A stretch of 63,756 nt of DNA, the filler included, from Stramenopiles sp. TOSAG23-2 (lineage: Eukaryota): assembly GCA_900128395.1 (NCBI GenBank). It is 6 parts of 6 records of this genome, joined end to end, with 100 filler letters (N's around TTAATTAATTAA, not from the genome) between each part and the next. Parts side by side here need not be neighbours in the genome. Positions count along the whole stretch, not along the records: positions 28,563 to 56,950 come from LT649402.1; positions 57,051 to 58,652 come from LT652622.1; positions 58,753 to 60,354 come from LT652623.1; positions 60,455 to 62,055 come from LT652624.1; positions 62,156 to 63,756 come from LT652625.1; 1 more part is not named here. One strand, given 5' to 3'. This document shows, piece by piece, positions 52,511-63,756 of the stretch; the stretch's first letter is position 1; each line of letters opens with the position of its first letter. The notes under the pieces are model-generated. The model was not told the origin of the DNA, searched no databases, and worked only from the letters and a program-made list of their open reading frames with translations. The position numbers and the translations under genes are program-made.

Positions 52511-53288
52511 GTTTTATTGTTGTTGTTGTGTTATTCCTAATGATCTATCTTTGAAACGTATATATACGTAGACGATGATAACGAGGACTAGAATACATAC
52601 AGTAAATGCATCATCCTCTCTTTTAACTTACAACATATTTTATTTTATAAATGAATGAAGAAATATTATTATGCGTGTGCCATTCTTTCCATCTTTGTTA
52701 TTGTTGGCAAAACGAACAGAGATGGAGGAGCTTCATGCTATGCCCTTGCTAAACCACCATATTTATTCCGTGGATACTCTGTCTAACGAATTATCAAAAA
52801 TGTTTATCTCCCAGATCTCGTATACATCTCGCAGAGCACCTTAACCTAAAGTAAGGTTTTTTTTTAACTCACACAATCTGGAAAAAATTAGCTAATATTT
52901 AAGTGAAATTACCTGATGTATAATAATGAAATTTAAAGTAAAATTTAAAAAATCTCGAAAGGACGAAAGCGGAAATTTGTTGTAAAGTAATACCTGCTGT
53001 GTCGATACTTCCGCCACTAAATGTTCAGAGCTTTTCCTAATAAAAATAATAGCGCCGCGTGTCGCATCATTTCTCTCCTCATCAAAGCCAATAAAAAAAC
53101 ATAGAATTATTATTATAAAAGAAAAAAGGGAAGAGCGATGATGTAGATGCAAAGGTACAATTAGAGTTTGAAAAGATTTATATATTTATTTAAATTTGCA
53201 AAAGAGAAGAAAATTATAAATATACATATATACTACTTATATATATATATAAAAAGAAACTAGAAAAAAACAAAAGAAAAAAAAAAAG

Positions 53289-54704
53289 ATGATAAAAAAA
53301 ATTATTAATGTTATGGTAATATTCACATTATTAATATGTGTAACAAATGCTATTAATTTTAAACAATGGAAAAATTGTAAGGCATGTACAGGTGCTGGAT
53401 ATGGATGGTGTCCAATTCGACGTATGTGTGGTGGTTTTGCAAATAAAAATTGCAGAGGTGACCATACGGACAATGCAAAAACTGCAGATGAAGTTGCCGA
53501 GGAGGAAGAAGAAGAACGTAGGCGTTTAAAAGCACAACAAGAAGAAGATGCAAACTCCGATGTAGTAGCACTTACTGATGATACGTTTGATGATTATTTA
53601 TCAAGCCATCCAGTTGCACTTGTTGAATTTTATGCACCATGGTGCGGCCATTGCAAAGCATTGAAACCAGCATACGAAGAGGCAGCGACTATCTTGAAAA
53701 AAGAAGGTAGTAAAGCAGTCATGGTCAAAGTTGATGCAACTGCTGAAAGAAAAATTGCTCAAGAACATGGTGTTAGTGGTTTTCCAACAATACAATTTTT
53801 CAGAGATGGAGAAATGGAAGAACCATATGAAGGTGGGAGAGATACATATGATTTGGTAGATTTCATGAGAGAAAAAGCAGCGGAAGCTAGTAAACCACGA
53901 CCAAAATTACCGCGTGTTGTTAGTTTCAATATGAACATTGCCAACAGTTTGTTGAAACATAAAGTGAAACGCCAATTGATGATTTTCGCAAATAAAAAAC
54001 AATTAGCATCAATTCAAGATGAATTAGATAAAGCTGGTGAAATTTTGAGTAATGATGGGCCAAATATGTTAATTTTAACATTAGATACTACGGATAGTTC
54101 ATTGAATCCAGTAATCAAACGTTTCGAAGTGAAATTACGTACCAAAGGACCGATTTATCGTGTTGCAGATTCCAGTGGTGTTGGTGGATTACAAGCATTG
54201 CAACCAAAAAATTTCAAAGATGGTGAGAAACAAAAAGGATTAACTGCAGCAGATTTTGTACAATTATGCCAAGATTTCATGGATGGAGGATTCGGACGTA
54301 TATTACGAAGTGCTGCACGTGTACCTACACCATATATTGGTAAAAAAGGCAAAGAGTTAATTGGAAAACATTTTGTGAAAAAAGTATTGGATGATGATAA
54401 AAATGATGCAATCGTCTTTTTTTACATGCCTGGATGTGGTCATTGCAAAAAATTAAAGCCAGAATACAAAAAAGTTGCAAGTTACATGCCAATTGATTAT
54501 CCAAATGTGAAATTTTTCACTATTGATGGTACTTCGAATGAAGTCGAAAGTTCACCAGTAGCTGGTTATCCAACAGTTTATTTCTATCCTGCTGGTGATA
54601 AACGCAATCCAGAAGTTGTTGATGTAAGAGATGAAAAAGGATTAAGACGTTTCATTGCAAGCCGTGCAACAAATTTTGATAATACAGGAAAGACTGAATT
54701 GTAA
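53289..54704 (+). CDS. Protein disulfide isomerase with an N-terminal Cys-rich (PSI-like) module
   Basis: Signal peptide, FYAPWCGHCK, FYMPGCGHCK, C-terminal KTEL. Confidence 0.92.
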   Translation: MIKKIINVMVIFTLLICVTNAINFKQWKNCKACTGAGYGWCPIRRMCGGFANKNCRGDHTDNAKTADEVAEEEEEERRRLKAQQEEDANSDVVALTDDTFDDYLSSHPVALVEFYAPWCGHCKALKPAYEEAATILKKEGSKAVMVKVDATAERKIAQEHGVSGFPTIQFFRDGEMEEPYEGGRDTYDLVDFMREKAAEASKPRPKLPRVVSFNMNIANSLLKHKVKRQLMIFANKKQLASIQDELDKAGEILSNDGPNMLILTLDTTDSSLNPVIKRFEVKLRTKGPIYRVADSSGVGGLQALQPKNFKDGEKQKGLTAADFVQLCQDFMDGGFGRILRSAARVPTPYIGKKGKELIGKHFVKKVLDDDKNDAIVFFYMPGCGHCKKLKPEYKKVASYMPIDYPNVKFFTIDGTSNEVESSPVAGYPTVYFYPAGDKRNPEVVDVRDEKGLRRFIASRATNFDNTGKTEL

Positions 54705-55098
54705 AAAAAAACGATATATTATATTTATATTTTTTATATTACACGAGAAGGAAAAGTGCAAAAGAAGTGTGTGTGTGTGTGTTGTGAGTGTAAAAGTTTC
54801 TATTATTATATATATATAGTAATATATTATTTGAACTTTTATCTTCTTGATTTATTATTATTATTATTTCTAATTCTTATATTACCTATTAATAAATTAT
54901 ACAACATAAATATAGATAACACATATAGCATCTAATTAATCAAAAATTGACATAAAACATAATACTATTACTATTTATCACGATATAGAACAATAAGTAA
55001 TAAATACCACAACGTAATACGCATATATATATATACATTTACGTACACACACACTATTATTTTCATAAAAATATATTTAATATTTAATTAATAAATAA

Positions 55099-55755
55099 AT
55101 GAATTTATACAAGAATAGACGAGATGATTATGTTAGAAAACGACTACAGTTTGATATAGATACTATTTTGATTTATCGAATATTTGCGACTTTTTTTTTA
55201 TTATGGCAAACATATGCATCAATACAATTTCAACCTTACACGTTTTACCATATGTACACAAATTGGACTCTGTTTTTAACAACAATATTTTATTGCATGA
55301 TATTATATGACGATATTTTTGATGTGAAATATCAATGGTTTCATTCATTATTATTCAAAATGAATATTGTATTGATAAATGCTACTTCAATAGTAGTTTT
55401 TTTTTATTGGGTAACAGGTGCAAATGATTTTGCTAAAGCACCATGGTTAATGTTTGCAAACCATTCATGGACGATGTTTACAACACCATTTGAAATGTTA
55501 TTGTCATCTAATTCAAAACATCTCACGATGAAGCATTATTATCAATATTTTGTATTATTTCATTTTTCATGGTGCTTTGGCCTTTTGCCATATCATAACC
55601 CATATAAATTACCAATTTCATTCCAAGAAAAACCAATTGGGAGTACATTGCTTGTATTGATCACAAGCATTGTTTTTTCTGTTATACATTATGTATATTT
55701 AAAATTTTTTAGAAATGTCAATAACGTCATCAATAAAAAAAAGAAAGATCAATAA
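55099..55755 (+). CDS. Multi-pass membrane protein (FAR-17a/AIG1/rolling-stone-like)
   Basis: About 6 TM segments; YTNWT, VVFFYW, NH motifs; C-terminal di-lysine. Confidence 0.55.
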   Translation: MNLYKNRRDDYVRKRLQFDIDTILIYRIFATFFLLWQTYASIQFQPYTFYHMYTNWTLFLTTIFYCMILYDDIFDVKYQWFHSLLFKMNIVLINATSIVVFFYWVTGANDFAKAPWLMFANHSWTMFTTPFEMLLSSNSKHLTMKHYYQYFVLFHFSWCFGLLPYHNPYKLPISFQEKPIGSTLLVLITSIVFSVIHYVYLKFFRNVNNVINKKKKDQ

Positions 55756-55990
55756 GAGGAACATAATAAAGAAAAAAAGGGAGGGAGAAGTGTGTGTGTG
55801 TAGATTAAAATGTGATTTTTATAATTTTGTCGGTCAATTTATTTTTTAGTACTTCGTAAAAAAATATTTTTTATAAAAACACCTGTAAATTTAGAGCGGA
55901 TCCTCTCTATGTAAATTAGCTATCATATTGAATTATAAATGTATTATAGTCTAGTATATAAATTATACCCCTCTCCTTTCCACGCAACAA

Positions 55991-56929
55991 TTATTTTGCT
56001 GTTCCAGCTACACCACCAGGATTTCCTCCTACTTGTGGTCCTTTTTGCATTGGTATTCCTTTATTACCCATATGATATTCTTGTTGTTCCATTGCATCAG
56101 CTTCTATTATGGCATGCACAAAACTATACAAAGTACAAGATATGCATAAAAATATTGAAACAAGTAAACATACCCAATCAAGTAACTTCATTGTTGCACG
56201 CATATCTTTAATATCATTACTAGGAGTACTTTCTATGTTGCCATTAACAATATTTCCACGTTGAACTTCACCACGTTTATACGGAAGGAATACATATTTA
56301 ATGCACCAACAACACCATATAATACGTGTTACAACTAACCATAAGCCAACAACACCTTCCCATGCACCTGGATGTTGAAATAAATGTTCAGCAATCCATA
56401 CAAATGTTCCAATTTCATAAAAAAACAAATGTGTACATATTAATTGAATATATTTTCCACTTGTAACAACATATCCAAAAAAAAATACACAAATACAATT
56501 AAATAAGATTGGTTCCCAATCCTCGTAATAATGTATTATTGTAAGAAAAAATGTTGATGCAAAGATCATTAAAACCGTCATAAATGGTTTTCGATAGTTT
56601 TCACCTTTCCACCATGCTAATCTTAAATTTTTATGCGTATCATACAATAAATAACTTGCACCAATTAAACATACCAGTGAATGGAAAAATACCATTTCAT
56701 TATAATCCATAATAGAATCTTTTGGTACAAACAAGTGCAAACATGGCCAAAATACCAATGCAATCACTAAAGCTTGTAAATTTAACCACGTTGCCCAGTA
56801 TGCCTGATTTATATATCCTAAAAATTTCGAGCTAGCATCATTAAAATTATTGGTTATAACATTATCACGGAATATATTATTAGAAGTTTGGATAGTAGCA
56901 GGTTGAAAACCATCTGGTAAACTGGACAT
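55991..56929 (-). CDS. Multi-pass membrane protein, possibly TLC-domain-like
   Basis: About 7 hydrophobic segments; FFHSLV, FFYEIGT, VTRI. Confidence 0.5.
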   Translation of the reverse strand: MSSLPDGFQPATIQTSNNIFRDNVITNNFNDASSKFLGYINQAYWATWLNLQALVIALVFWPCLHLFVPKDSIMDYNEMVFFHSLVCLIGASYLLYDTHKNLRLAWWKGENYRKPFMTVLMIFASTFFLTIIHYYEDWEPILFNCICVFFFGYVVTSGKYIQLICTHLFFYEIGTFVWIAEHLFQHPGAWEGVVGLWLVVTRIIWCCWCIKYVFLPYKRGEVQRGNIVNGNIESTPSNDIKDMRATMKLLDWVCLLVSIFLCISCTLYSFVHAIIEADAMEQQEYHMGNKGIPMQKGPQVGGNPGGVAGTAK

Positions 56930-57662
56930 TTTTTATATACCTCTACGGTANNNNNNNNNNNNNNNNNNNNNNNNNNNNNNNNNNNNNNNNNNNNTTAATT
57001 AATTAANNNNNNNNNNNNNNNNNNNNNNNNNNNNNNNNNNNNNNNNNNNNACATTGAAACAGAAAAACAAGCAAAACATATATTCGTAATCAAATCAATG
57101 ATTTTTACAAAAATAAAAATCATTCAAAAAATAATAAACCATCAGCTGATGTTTAGATATATTGATATATGTATTCGTATCTAAATACTATCCTATCATA
57201 TTACCGGCGGTGCTCCATACTCGATTATGAGAATATCAACACACTAGTGTGAGATAGATTATTTTTCAGTTATTTTATTCTTTTGAAGAGAGTAGGAATT
57301 ATCATGAGTAAATTAAAAATAAATTAATGCGTCGTAAATTAAATATATTATAATATTATATCATCTTTTTATATAATAATTAACCATCAATATATCATAT
57401 TTAAATAAATAATATCATATATTTAAAAAAATATAAATAAAAAATGATTTATATAATTTTAGAGATAGTATAAATTACGAATTAATATTACTTTTTTCAT
57501 TCACGCTACACCCTCTTGTCAAAAATTTTTGTTTACTCCGAAAAATACGGATGACGTAATGCTTTAGAAGCCGTAATACGTTTTGATGGTGAAAANNNNN
57601 NNNATTACGAATTAATATTACTTTTTTCATTCACGCTACACCCTCTTGTCAAAAATTTTTGT

Positions 57663-58559
57663 TTACTCCGAAAAATACGGATGACGTAATGCTTTAGAAG
57701 CCGTAATACGTTTTGATGGTGAAAAAATTAACATTTTAGAAAATAAATCTGTCCCTTTATCATTTAATCGCGATACAATACGCGCTAAATTTTGTGGTGT
57801 CCACCTTGGAAATTTATCTTTCATGTCAGGTAATTTACCAACACCTGGCCATATTTGTTCTGTAGGCGTACCTTTTGTACGAAAAATGCGAAATAATTGA
57901 TCAATTTCTGAATCACCAGGGAAAAGCGGTGAACCTTTGGCCATCTCTGCAAATATGCAGCCAATTGACCATAAATCTACGGGGGTTGAGTAGTGTGTTG
58001 CTCCTAATAAAATTTCTGGCGCACGATACCATAAAGTAACAACCTCATGCGTATATGCGCGTACGGGAACTCCAAAAGCTCTGGCGAGACCAAAGTCCGC
58101 TAGTTTTAAAACACCTTTAGCATTTATCAACAAATTTTGAGGTTTCAAATCACGGTGTAGGATACGGTTTGAATGACAATACGCAATTCCTTGGAGCATC
58201 TGTTTCAAATACGATTGGACTAAGTCTAATTTCATGGATTCGCACAGTCTATCCATATATTGCTTTAAATCTTGATCTAGGTGTTCAAATACAAGAAATA
58301 ACTTGTGCTCTGTATGGACAACTGTCATTAAAGATACAACATTCTGATGCCTCAACTCTTTCAATAGTGCGATTTCTCTAATTGCAGTGCTTGGTACCCC
58401 TTCATCTTCTGACTCTAGACGTATTTTTTTCAATGCGACAAATGTATTTGTAACTTTGTCTCTTGCTTTGTAGACCACACCATAAGTGCCTTCCCCAATT
58501 TTAGCAATTCTTTCATATCGACTTAGACCTACACCTTCTCTTATTGCTATTTCTGCCAT
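57663..58559 (-). CDS. CDK1: Cyclin-dependent kinase, PSTAIRE type (CDK1/CDK2/CDKA)
   Basis: [60 protein letters not shown]. Confidence 0.95.
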   Translation of the reverse strand: MAEIAIREGVGLSRYERIAKIGEGTYGVVYKARDKVTNTFVALKKIRLESEDEGVPSTAIREIALLKELRHQNVVSLMTVVHTEHKLFLVFEHLDQDLKQYMDRLCESMKLDLVQSYLKQMLQGIAYCHSNRILHRDLKPQNLLINAKGVLKLADFGLARAFGVPVRAYTHEVVTLWYRAPEILLGATHYSTPVDLWSIGCIFAEMAKGSPLFPGDSEIDQLFRIFRTKGTPTEQIWPGVGKLPDMKDKFPRWTPQNLARIVSRLNDKGTDLFSKMLIFSPSKRITASKALRHPYFSE

Positions 58560-58752
58560 GGTATTTATAGTTTATTATGGTTCTGTTATTAATATATATA
58601 TATTATATAATGTTACTACTATAATGTTTGTATATATATTATATAATGTTACNNNNNNNNNNNNNNNNNNNNNNNNNNNNNNNNNNNNNNNNNNNNTTAA
58701 TTAATTAANNNNNNNNNNNNNNNNNNNNNNNNNNNNNNNNNNNNNNNNNNNN

Positions 58753-60288
58753 AAAAAAGAGGAGGAATCAAAAGTGTCAAAATTACGTATGCGAATTTCA
58801 TTTTTAAACACTGAACGTGGTAAGCTACAGAAAGATATTGAGGAGACACATTTTGAATTGAAAAAGTTAGAATTTGCAAATAAATCACATACAGATGATA
58901 TTGAAAAGTCAAAAGAGGATTTTAAAGTAATGACGGAAACATATCAAAAGACATTGCAAACAAAAATGGGGGAAGTTGCTTCTCTATACGAGGAAGTGAT
59001 CTCGAAGAATAATCAAATTGCATCCCTTAGCAAAAAATTACAATTGACAGAAGAAAAAAATAGTTTATTACAAAAAAAATTAGATCATAGTCTTTCAAGA
59101 AAAACAAATGATATACTCCATAATTCATATAATGATAATAATAAACAGGTAGAAGTATCAAAATCACATGAACGCACATTATTAAATGGTGGTGATGGTG
59201 GTGGTAGGGAAGAAGATCATAAGCAACAAGAACAAGAGGAGACAATAAACAGGTTCAACGATGCAAAAGATGATTATGACAATAATAATAATGAAGAACA
59301 AAAATCTACGTCATCAAATAAGAAAAAAACAACTATTCCCCATACCATTACGAATAATAATAACAACAGTGCTACAACATTACCAACCACCACATCGATA
59401 GCATCAAGCGTTCCTTCGGAAAAAGTAACTAGAAAACCAAATACTACGAATACTTTGAGGAAAAAGAAGAAAATATTCCAATCAACATTATCAGCAGCAT
59501 CTTATAACGAAGAAATATTAACTGCAGCCCAACCATTGGTAAATAATTTAAATGTGCATAATCTTGAAAACATTTTCCGACAAATTCAACATATTAATAT
59601 CCAAGCAAGCAAAGATCTACGAAGTGTTTTGAAAAGTATAATTAGTAGCTCTATGCTAAATGCTGATAAAGGGCATTTGTATATAGCATTGATGGAGAAA
59701 CTTTTTGCTAGGCCAATTGTAACAAGATGGCAACAAGGTTTCATTCGTACAGGTTTAATTGATGGTGAATTTTTTTGGCAAGATGGTGCGAATGGGCAAA
59801 TCTATGGCCCATTTTCAGATTCACTCGAAGCATTACGACATGCTGTACAAGAGACAAACCCAAAAATGTTGTTACATCAAATATGTTTAAAGGAACTAGA
59901 AAACACCCACGTTGACGGATTTGATAATATTGAAATGGTTAATTTGATCATATTTATGTCTAAAATGTTTGATCATGAAATGTTACCAGCAACTGTAATG
60001 CAACAATTGTTGCTCCAGCTTATTCAAGATAATAATACGACGAAAAGGACGGATAAAGGTAGTATGTCGCTTACATCAGTTATTTTAGAAATAGCATATC
60101 GTTGTTTAATGGCAGGTTCTGTTAAATTAGGAAATAATGTTGTTACATATTTAAAAATGTTAAAGCGAAGGACGCAAAGTATGCAATTATCAAGACGAGA
60201 TACATTTTTAATTAGAAAATTATCATCATCGATACATTTATCAGGATTTGAAGTGAATAGTAAAAAAGTATCGTCGAAAATACGTTGA
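58753..60288 (+). CDS. 5'-partial coiled-coil protein with a helical (possibly MIF4G-like) C-terminal domain
   Basis: The frame is open from the contig start. Heptad-rich N-terminus, low-complexity linker, helical C-terminus. Confidence 0.55.
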   Translation, partial: KKEEESKVSKLRMRISFLNTERGKLQKDIEETHFELKKLEFANKSHTDDIEKSKEDFKVMTETYQKTLQTKMGEVASLYEEVISKNNQIASLSKKLQLTEEKNSLLQKKLDHSLSRKTNDILHNSYNDNNKQVEVSKSHERTLLNGGDGGGREEDHKQQEQEETINRFNDAKDDYDNNNNEEQKSTSSNKKKTTIPHTITNNNNNSATTLPTTTSIASSVPSEKVTRKPNTTNTLRKKKKIFQSTLSAASYNEEILTAAQPLVNNLNVHNLENIFRQIQHINIQASKDLRSVLKSIISSSMLNADKGHLYIALMEKLFARPIVTRWQQGFIRTGLIDGEFFWQDGANGQIYGPFSDSLEALRHAVQETNPKMLLHQICLKELENTHVDGFDNIEMVNLIIFMSKMFDHEMLPATVMQQLLLQLIQDNNTTKRTDKGSMSLTSVILEIAYRCLMAGSVKLGNNVVTYLKMLKRRTQSMQLSRRDTFLIRKLSSSIHLSGFEVNSKKVSSKIR

Positions 60289-60861
60289 GATAGTGATTAT
60301 TGTACGGTTGTATATAAATTTACACACACACACACGTAAAAAATAGTTTTTTCANNNNNNNNNNNNNNNNNNNNNNNNNNNNNNNNNNNNNNNNNNNNTT
60401 AATTAATTAANNNNNNNNNNNNNNNNNNNNNNNNNNNNNNNNNNNNNNNNNNNNCATAATTAAAGATGTCTAATATATATATATATATATACAATTGTAC
60501 AAATAAAAACGTATCTATGCAATGATGCAATAATAATAATAATAATTGGTAGGAGCTACTAATCATACAAAAAAGACGATGCGGTAATATGTTTTGTTCT
60601 AGCGGTATCTATCTATTTCTCTTAATCTCACACAACATCTTCTGTATACTTTTACAACAACAATATATAAACCACAGGTAAAACAACACAACACACCCCA
60701 CTATAGGTCATTTTTACAGTTAAAAATAAAGTATATACTAATGATAATATATATATATATTATATGATGAATAAAAAACATTCCCACTTTAATACAACAT
60801 TGCATTTGTTGAATTGTACCTGGTATTTATATAAATATATTCAATTACAGATAATAATAAA

Positions 60862-61638
60862 ATGAACAAGAAAAAGACATTATTTACAATAATATTTCTT
60901 CATCACCATTTATTATTAAATGTATTATTTATTAATTTATTATCATTATTCAAGGATAATGCGTCTTCTGTTGCATCAGCTGCAGAACAAGAGAAATTTA
61001 CATTCAAACCACCAGTATTGAATGAAGAGGAGCGACACTCGAATTTTTTGCCCGATAATATGGTATGTGATGGCTGTCGTGCTGTAGGTTATCATTTGTT
61101 CAATGCCTTTAATAAAAAAACAAATGGTAATAAAATCCGTATCGATGAAATTGCTATTTATGATTTAATTGAAACAACATGTGATCAATTTAGTTTTAAA
61201 GATTATGGAATTAAAGGTATTGGAAATGAAAATTTTCTATCAGGTCCTGGACTAGCTGTTGCAAAAACACCTGGTGTGATGCAAGGTGGTGGTAAAAATG
61301 GTGAGCGATTGGCGCGCATTTGTTTAGATGCGACGGAAGATAAGGAAATGACAATTTATTATACATATATTAAATATTTGAAAAAGAATAATGAAAAATC
61401 ACGTCGATTATTTTCAAAAGATTTATGTGTCAAAATGAATTTATGTACAGGTAATGAACATGAAGGTAGGTATGATATGGAAGATAAACTACCAGATATA
61501 TTAAGTGAAACAGGGGGAAAGAAGAGGAGGAAAAAGAAGAAAAAGAATAAGAAGAAAAAAAAAGGAAAGAAGAAGGGGAAAAAGAATAAGAAGACAAAAT
61601 TACCAAAAAAAGGTGTAAAGGTAAAGAATGATTTGTAA
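60862..61638 (+). CDS. MZB1/pERp1-like saposin-fold ER protein
   Basis: Signal peptide; PVLNEEERHSNFLP..MVCDGCRAV, C...FKDYGIK, LSGPGL, GG...RLARIC follow the MZB1 motif order; Lys-rich tail ending KNDL. Confidence 0.8.
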   Translation: MNKKKTLFTIIFLHHHLLLNVLFINLLSLFKDNASSVASAAEQEKFTFKPPVLNEEERHSNFLPDNMVCDGCRAVGYHLFNAFNKKTNGNKIRIDEIAIYDLIETTCDQFSFKDYGIKGIGNENFLSGPGLAVAKTPGVMQGGGKNGERLARICLDATEDKEMTIYYTYIKYLKKNNEKSRRLFSKDLCVKMNLCTGNEHEGRYDMEDKLPDILSETGGKKRRKKKKKNKKKKKGKKKGKKNKKTKLPKKGVKVKNDL

Positions 61639-62155
61639 TATCATTTTTATCATACTAAATATTTGCACATTTGATAATATTGTGAAAAAAAAACATTTTG
61701 GGGCGGCTGGGAGAGAGATGGGGAGAGAAGAAGCGAAGCGGTATAAGCTGGTAAGAGGAAAGTGCATGACGAAGAAGAATAAAAATAGTCATATCCTTGT
61801 ATCGAAAAAGTATTTTTACGTATATATATATATATACTTGTGCTTGTAGAGTATTAGTTTGCAGAGGTGCATTAGAGCTTTACTATAGTAGGATAACATA
61901 TTATTCTTGCGATTGAGTATTGAGCATTATTACTTTAACACGTAGAAGTGTAAAAATATTATAACTTAGATTTTAACCATCATTTTATATTAAAAAAGGA
62001 AAAAAGGATACTCTCTACAATTGATTACGTAAATTTTTCACAATTTGTGCATGTANNNNNNNNNNNNNNNNNNNNNNNNNNNNNNNNNNNNNNNNNNNNT
62101 TAATTAATTAANNNNNNNNNNNNNNNNNNNNNNNNNNNNNNNNNNNNNNNNNNNN

Positions 62156-62538
62156 GTATTGATTGGGCATTTGGTACATGTTTTTGTTTTGCATATACAT
62201 TTATAACTATTACTACATTGTCTTGTTGATTTTGTGTTGGGATTCCAATAATATTTATTATAATCATTCCAATAATAACATCCAGGTGGTCTATCCGACA
62301 AACTCCATCCGCCTCCAAATCCTACATTTTTATCAATATTATTCTTTCTATTATATTCAGCTGCTAATCTACATTCTGCTCCTGTTGTTATTTTAGATAG
62401 ACCACTACATTGTGATGCATACCCAGATATACGAATATCTGTTGGTATCATACCATCACCAGCTTTACAAGTAATATCCTCACCACGAACAGTAGATAGT
62501 AAGACCAAACAAAGTATAAATACACGAACTTGTTTCAT
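62156..62538 (-). CDS. 3'-partial secreted Cys-rich protein, paralog of 17682-18170
   Basis: Shares ASQCSGL.KITT..EC.LAAEYNR.NNIDKNVG, PPGC, NKYYWN..TKST..CSN..KCICKTKTC.KCPINT. Runs into the contig end. Confidence 0.8.
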
Positions 62539-63250
62539 CGTTATCAATATATTTTCGATCGTCTCGATCAAAAATATTCTCAACCTTTGTTTGAAAATAT
62601 TCTCGTACTTCTTATTGAAACTTCCTTGATTGTTTTAATTCTTCTTTCGCTTTTCTTTCTTTTATTTTGACGTTTCTGCTGTAGTCAAGTTGTTCCTTGT
62701 GTAAATATATATATATTGTTGTTGTTGTTTCTATTTAAAACAGGGTGCCCTCCCTTTACTGTGGTATGATACTTTTTTTAATGCTGTGCCGTTTTATTCG
62801 TTCAATTTCAATAATTATTTTCCTTCGCCCCCTTTTTTATTTTCCACTGCTGCGTTTCTTTAAACAGAGAGAATCTCTCTGCTAATGCTGTGTCTATGTA
62901 TTTTAAAATAAAATAAGGTATGTTACGGAACAGGTTTTTGTGCCATCAAAAGTAGATGGACATAGCATTAAGAGTTAAGAGTCACCTCTTTTCTCTTTGG
63001 CTTAAAGTATTATATCTAAATACCTTAACATAGAACAACTCTCCACAAAATGAAAGACGACACTCAAATATATATATATATATACACAAATCTATAAAAA
63101 ACAACAACCATCTATATTTTTATTTTCCATTTCGAATATATATTCATATATACATACCATACCATATTCAACTCATTTGCACACGATCACAAAAAGAAAT
63201 TTTAACTCCGAAAAAAGACAATTTTCTTTTTTTCTTTTTTTTTATAAATC

Positions 63251-63756
63251 ATGGATGATGATGATGATGCTCCATTATATGTACCATTAAAACGTAGAAG
63301 GAAAATGCTTAATAATAATAAGAAGAAGAATAATAATAATGTAAATAATAGAACAATAAATAATAACGGATCAACAACAGAAAGTAACAATACATCCGCC
63401 ACCAGCAACAATATGATGCTGAGTAAAATGATATCGACCTCAAAAAATATCATGGATAAACAATCAACCATACAACCAATCAATGATAATAATAACAAAC
63501 CAAAACAATCTTTATTGCAAATGGTAGTCTCCGAAGCACGTGCTTCTAATTTAACACCACGTGAACGACGTTTACAAAAAATAAAAGAGGAAGAACAACG
63601 TTTATTAGAAGAAACAAAACGTGCACAGAAAACAGCATTATTATCACATGCAGAGAAAGCAAAAGGATTGAAATACACAGAACCGATGCCATCAACATGG
63701 AAACCACCAAGTCAAAAACGTAAAATAACGGAAGAAGAAAATGATAAAATACGTAA
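63251..63756 (+). CDS. DDX41: DEAD-box helicase DDX41/Abstrakt, N-terminal fragment
   Basis: Not in the ORF track because it is open at the window end. MDDDDDAPLYVPLKRRR...EEEQRLL...ALLSHAEKAKGLKYTEPMPSTWKPP matches the DDX41 N-terminal signature. Confidence 0.75.
   Translation, partial: MDDDDDAPLYVPLKRRRKMLNNNKKKNNNNVNNRTINNNGSTTESNNTSATSNNMMLSKMISTSKNIMDKQSTIQPINDNNNKPKQSLLQMVVSEARASNLTPRERRLQKIKEEEQRLLEETKRAQKTALLSHAEKAKGLKYTEPMPSTWKPPSQKRKITEEENDKIR

Noticed and set aside
57474-57725. 122-bp duplication of the CDK 3' end around an 8-N gap
   Set aside because: An exact duplicate flanking a scaffold gap is a typical unmerged overlap artefact.

Overview
AT-rich, intron-poor eukaryotic DNA with Asn/Gln homopolymer-rich proteins, (TA)n/(GA)n microsatellites and GT-AG introns. 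It is probably a protist, and a stramenopile/MAST-like single-cell or metagenome assembly is my inference. The window is six unlinked contigs joined by 100-nt N44-TTAATTAATTAA-N44 linkers: 1-28462, 28563-56950, and four ~1.6 kb pieces. Recognisable genes include a giant multidomain HECT E3 ligase, GPR107-like, U1A/U2B'', PDHA1, NUDIX, AKR-like, MFS, PHD, PDI, CDK1/2, an MZB1 homolog and the DDX41 N-terminus. The most striking region is 36-50 kb. It holds a SPRY-PH-SAM-CHAT-STAND protein, a bacterial-type tyrosine recombinase among decayed ORFs, and a ~1525-aa Cys-rich 7TM surface protein. The beta-helix loop residues of that protein appear to be encoded by phase-0 microexons of 9, 3, 3 and 6 nt in duplicated introns, which the ORF track misses. 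After it come dif/lox-like palindromes and a cloverleaf-folding non-coding element. All domain calls come from reading motifs by eye; no database searches were run.
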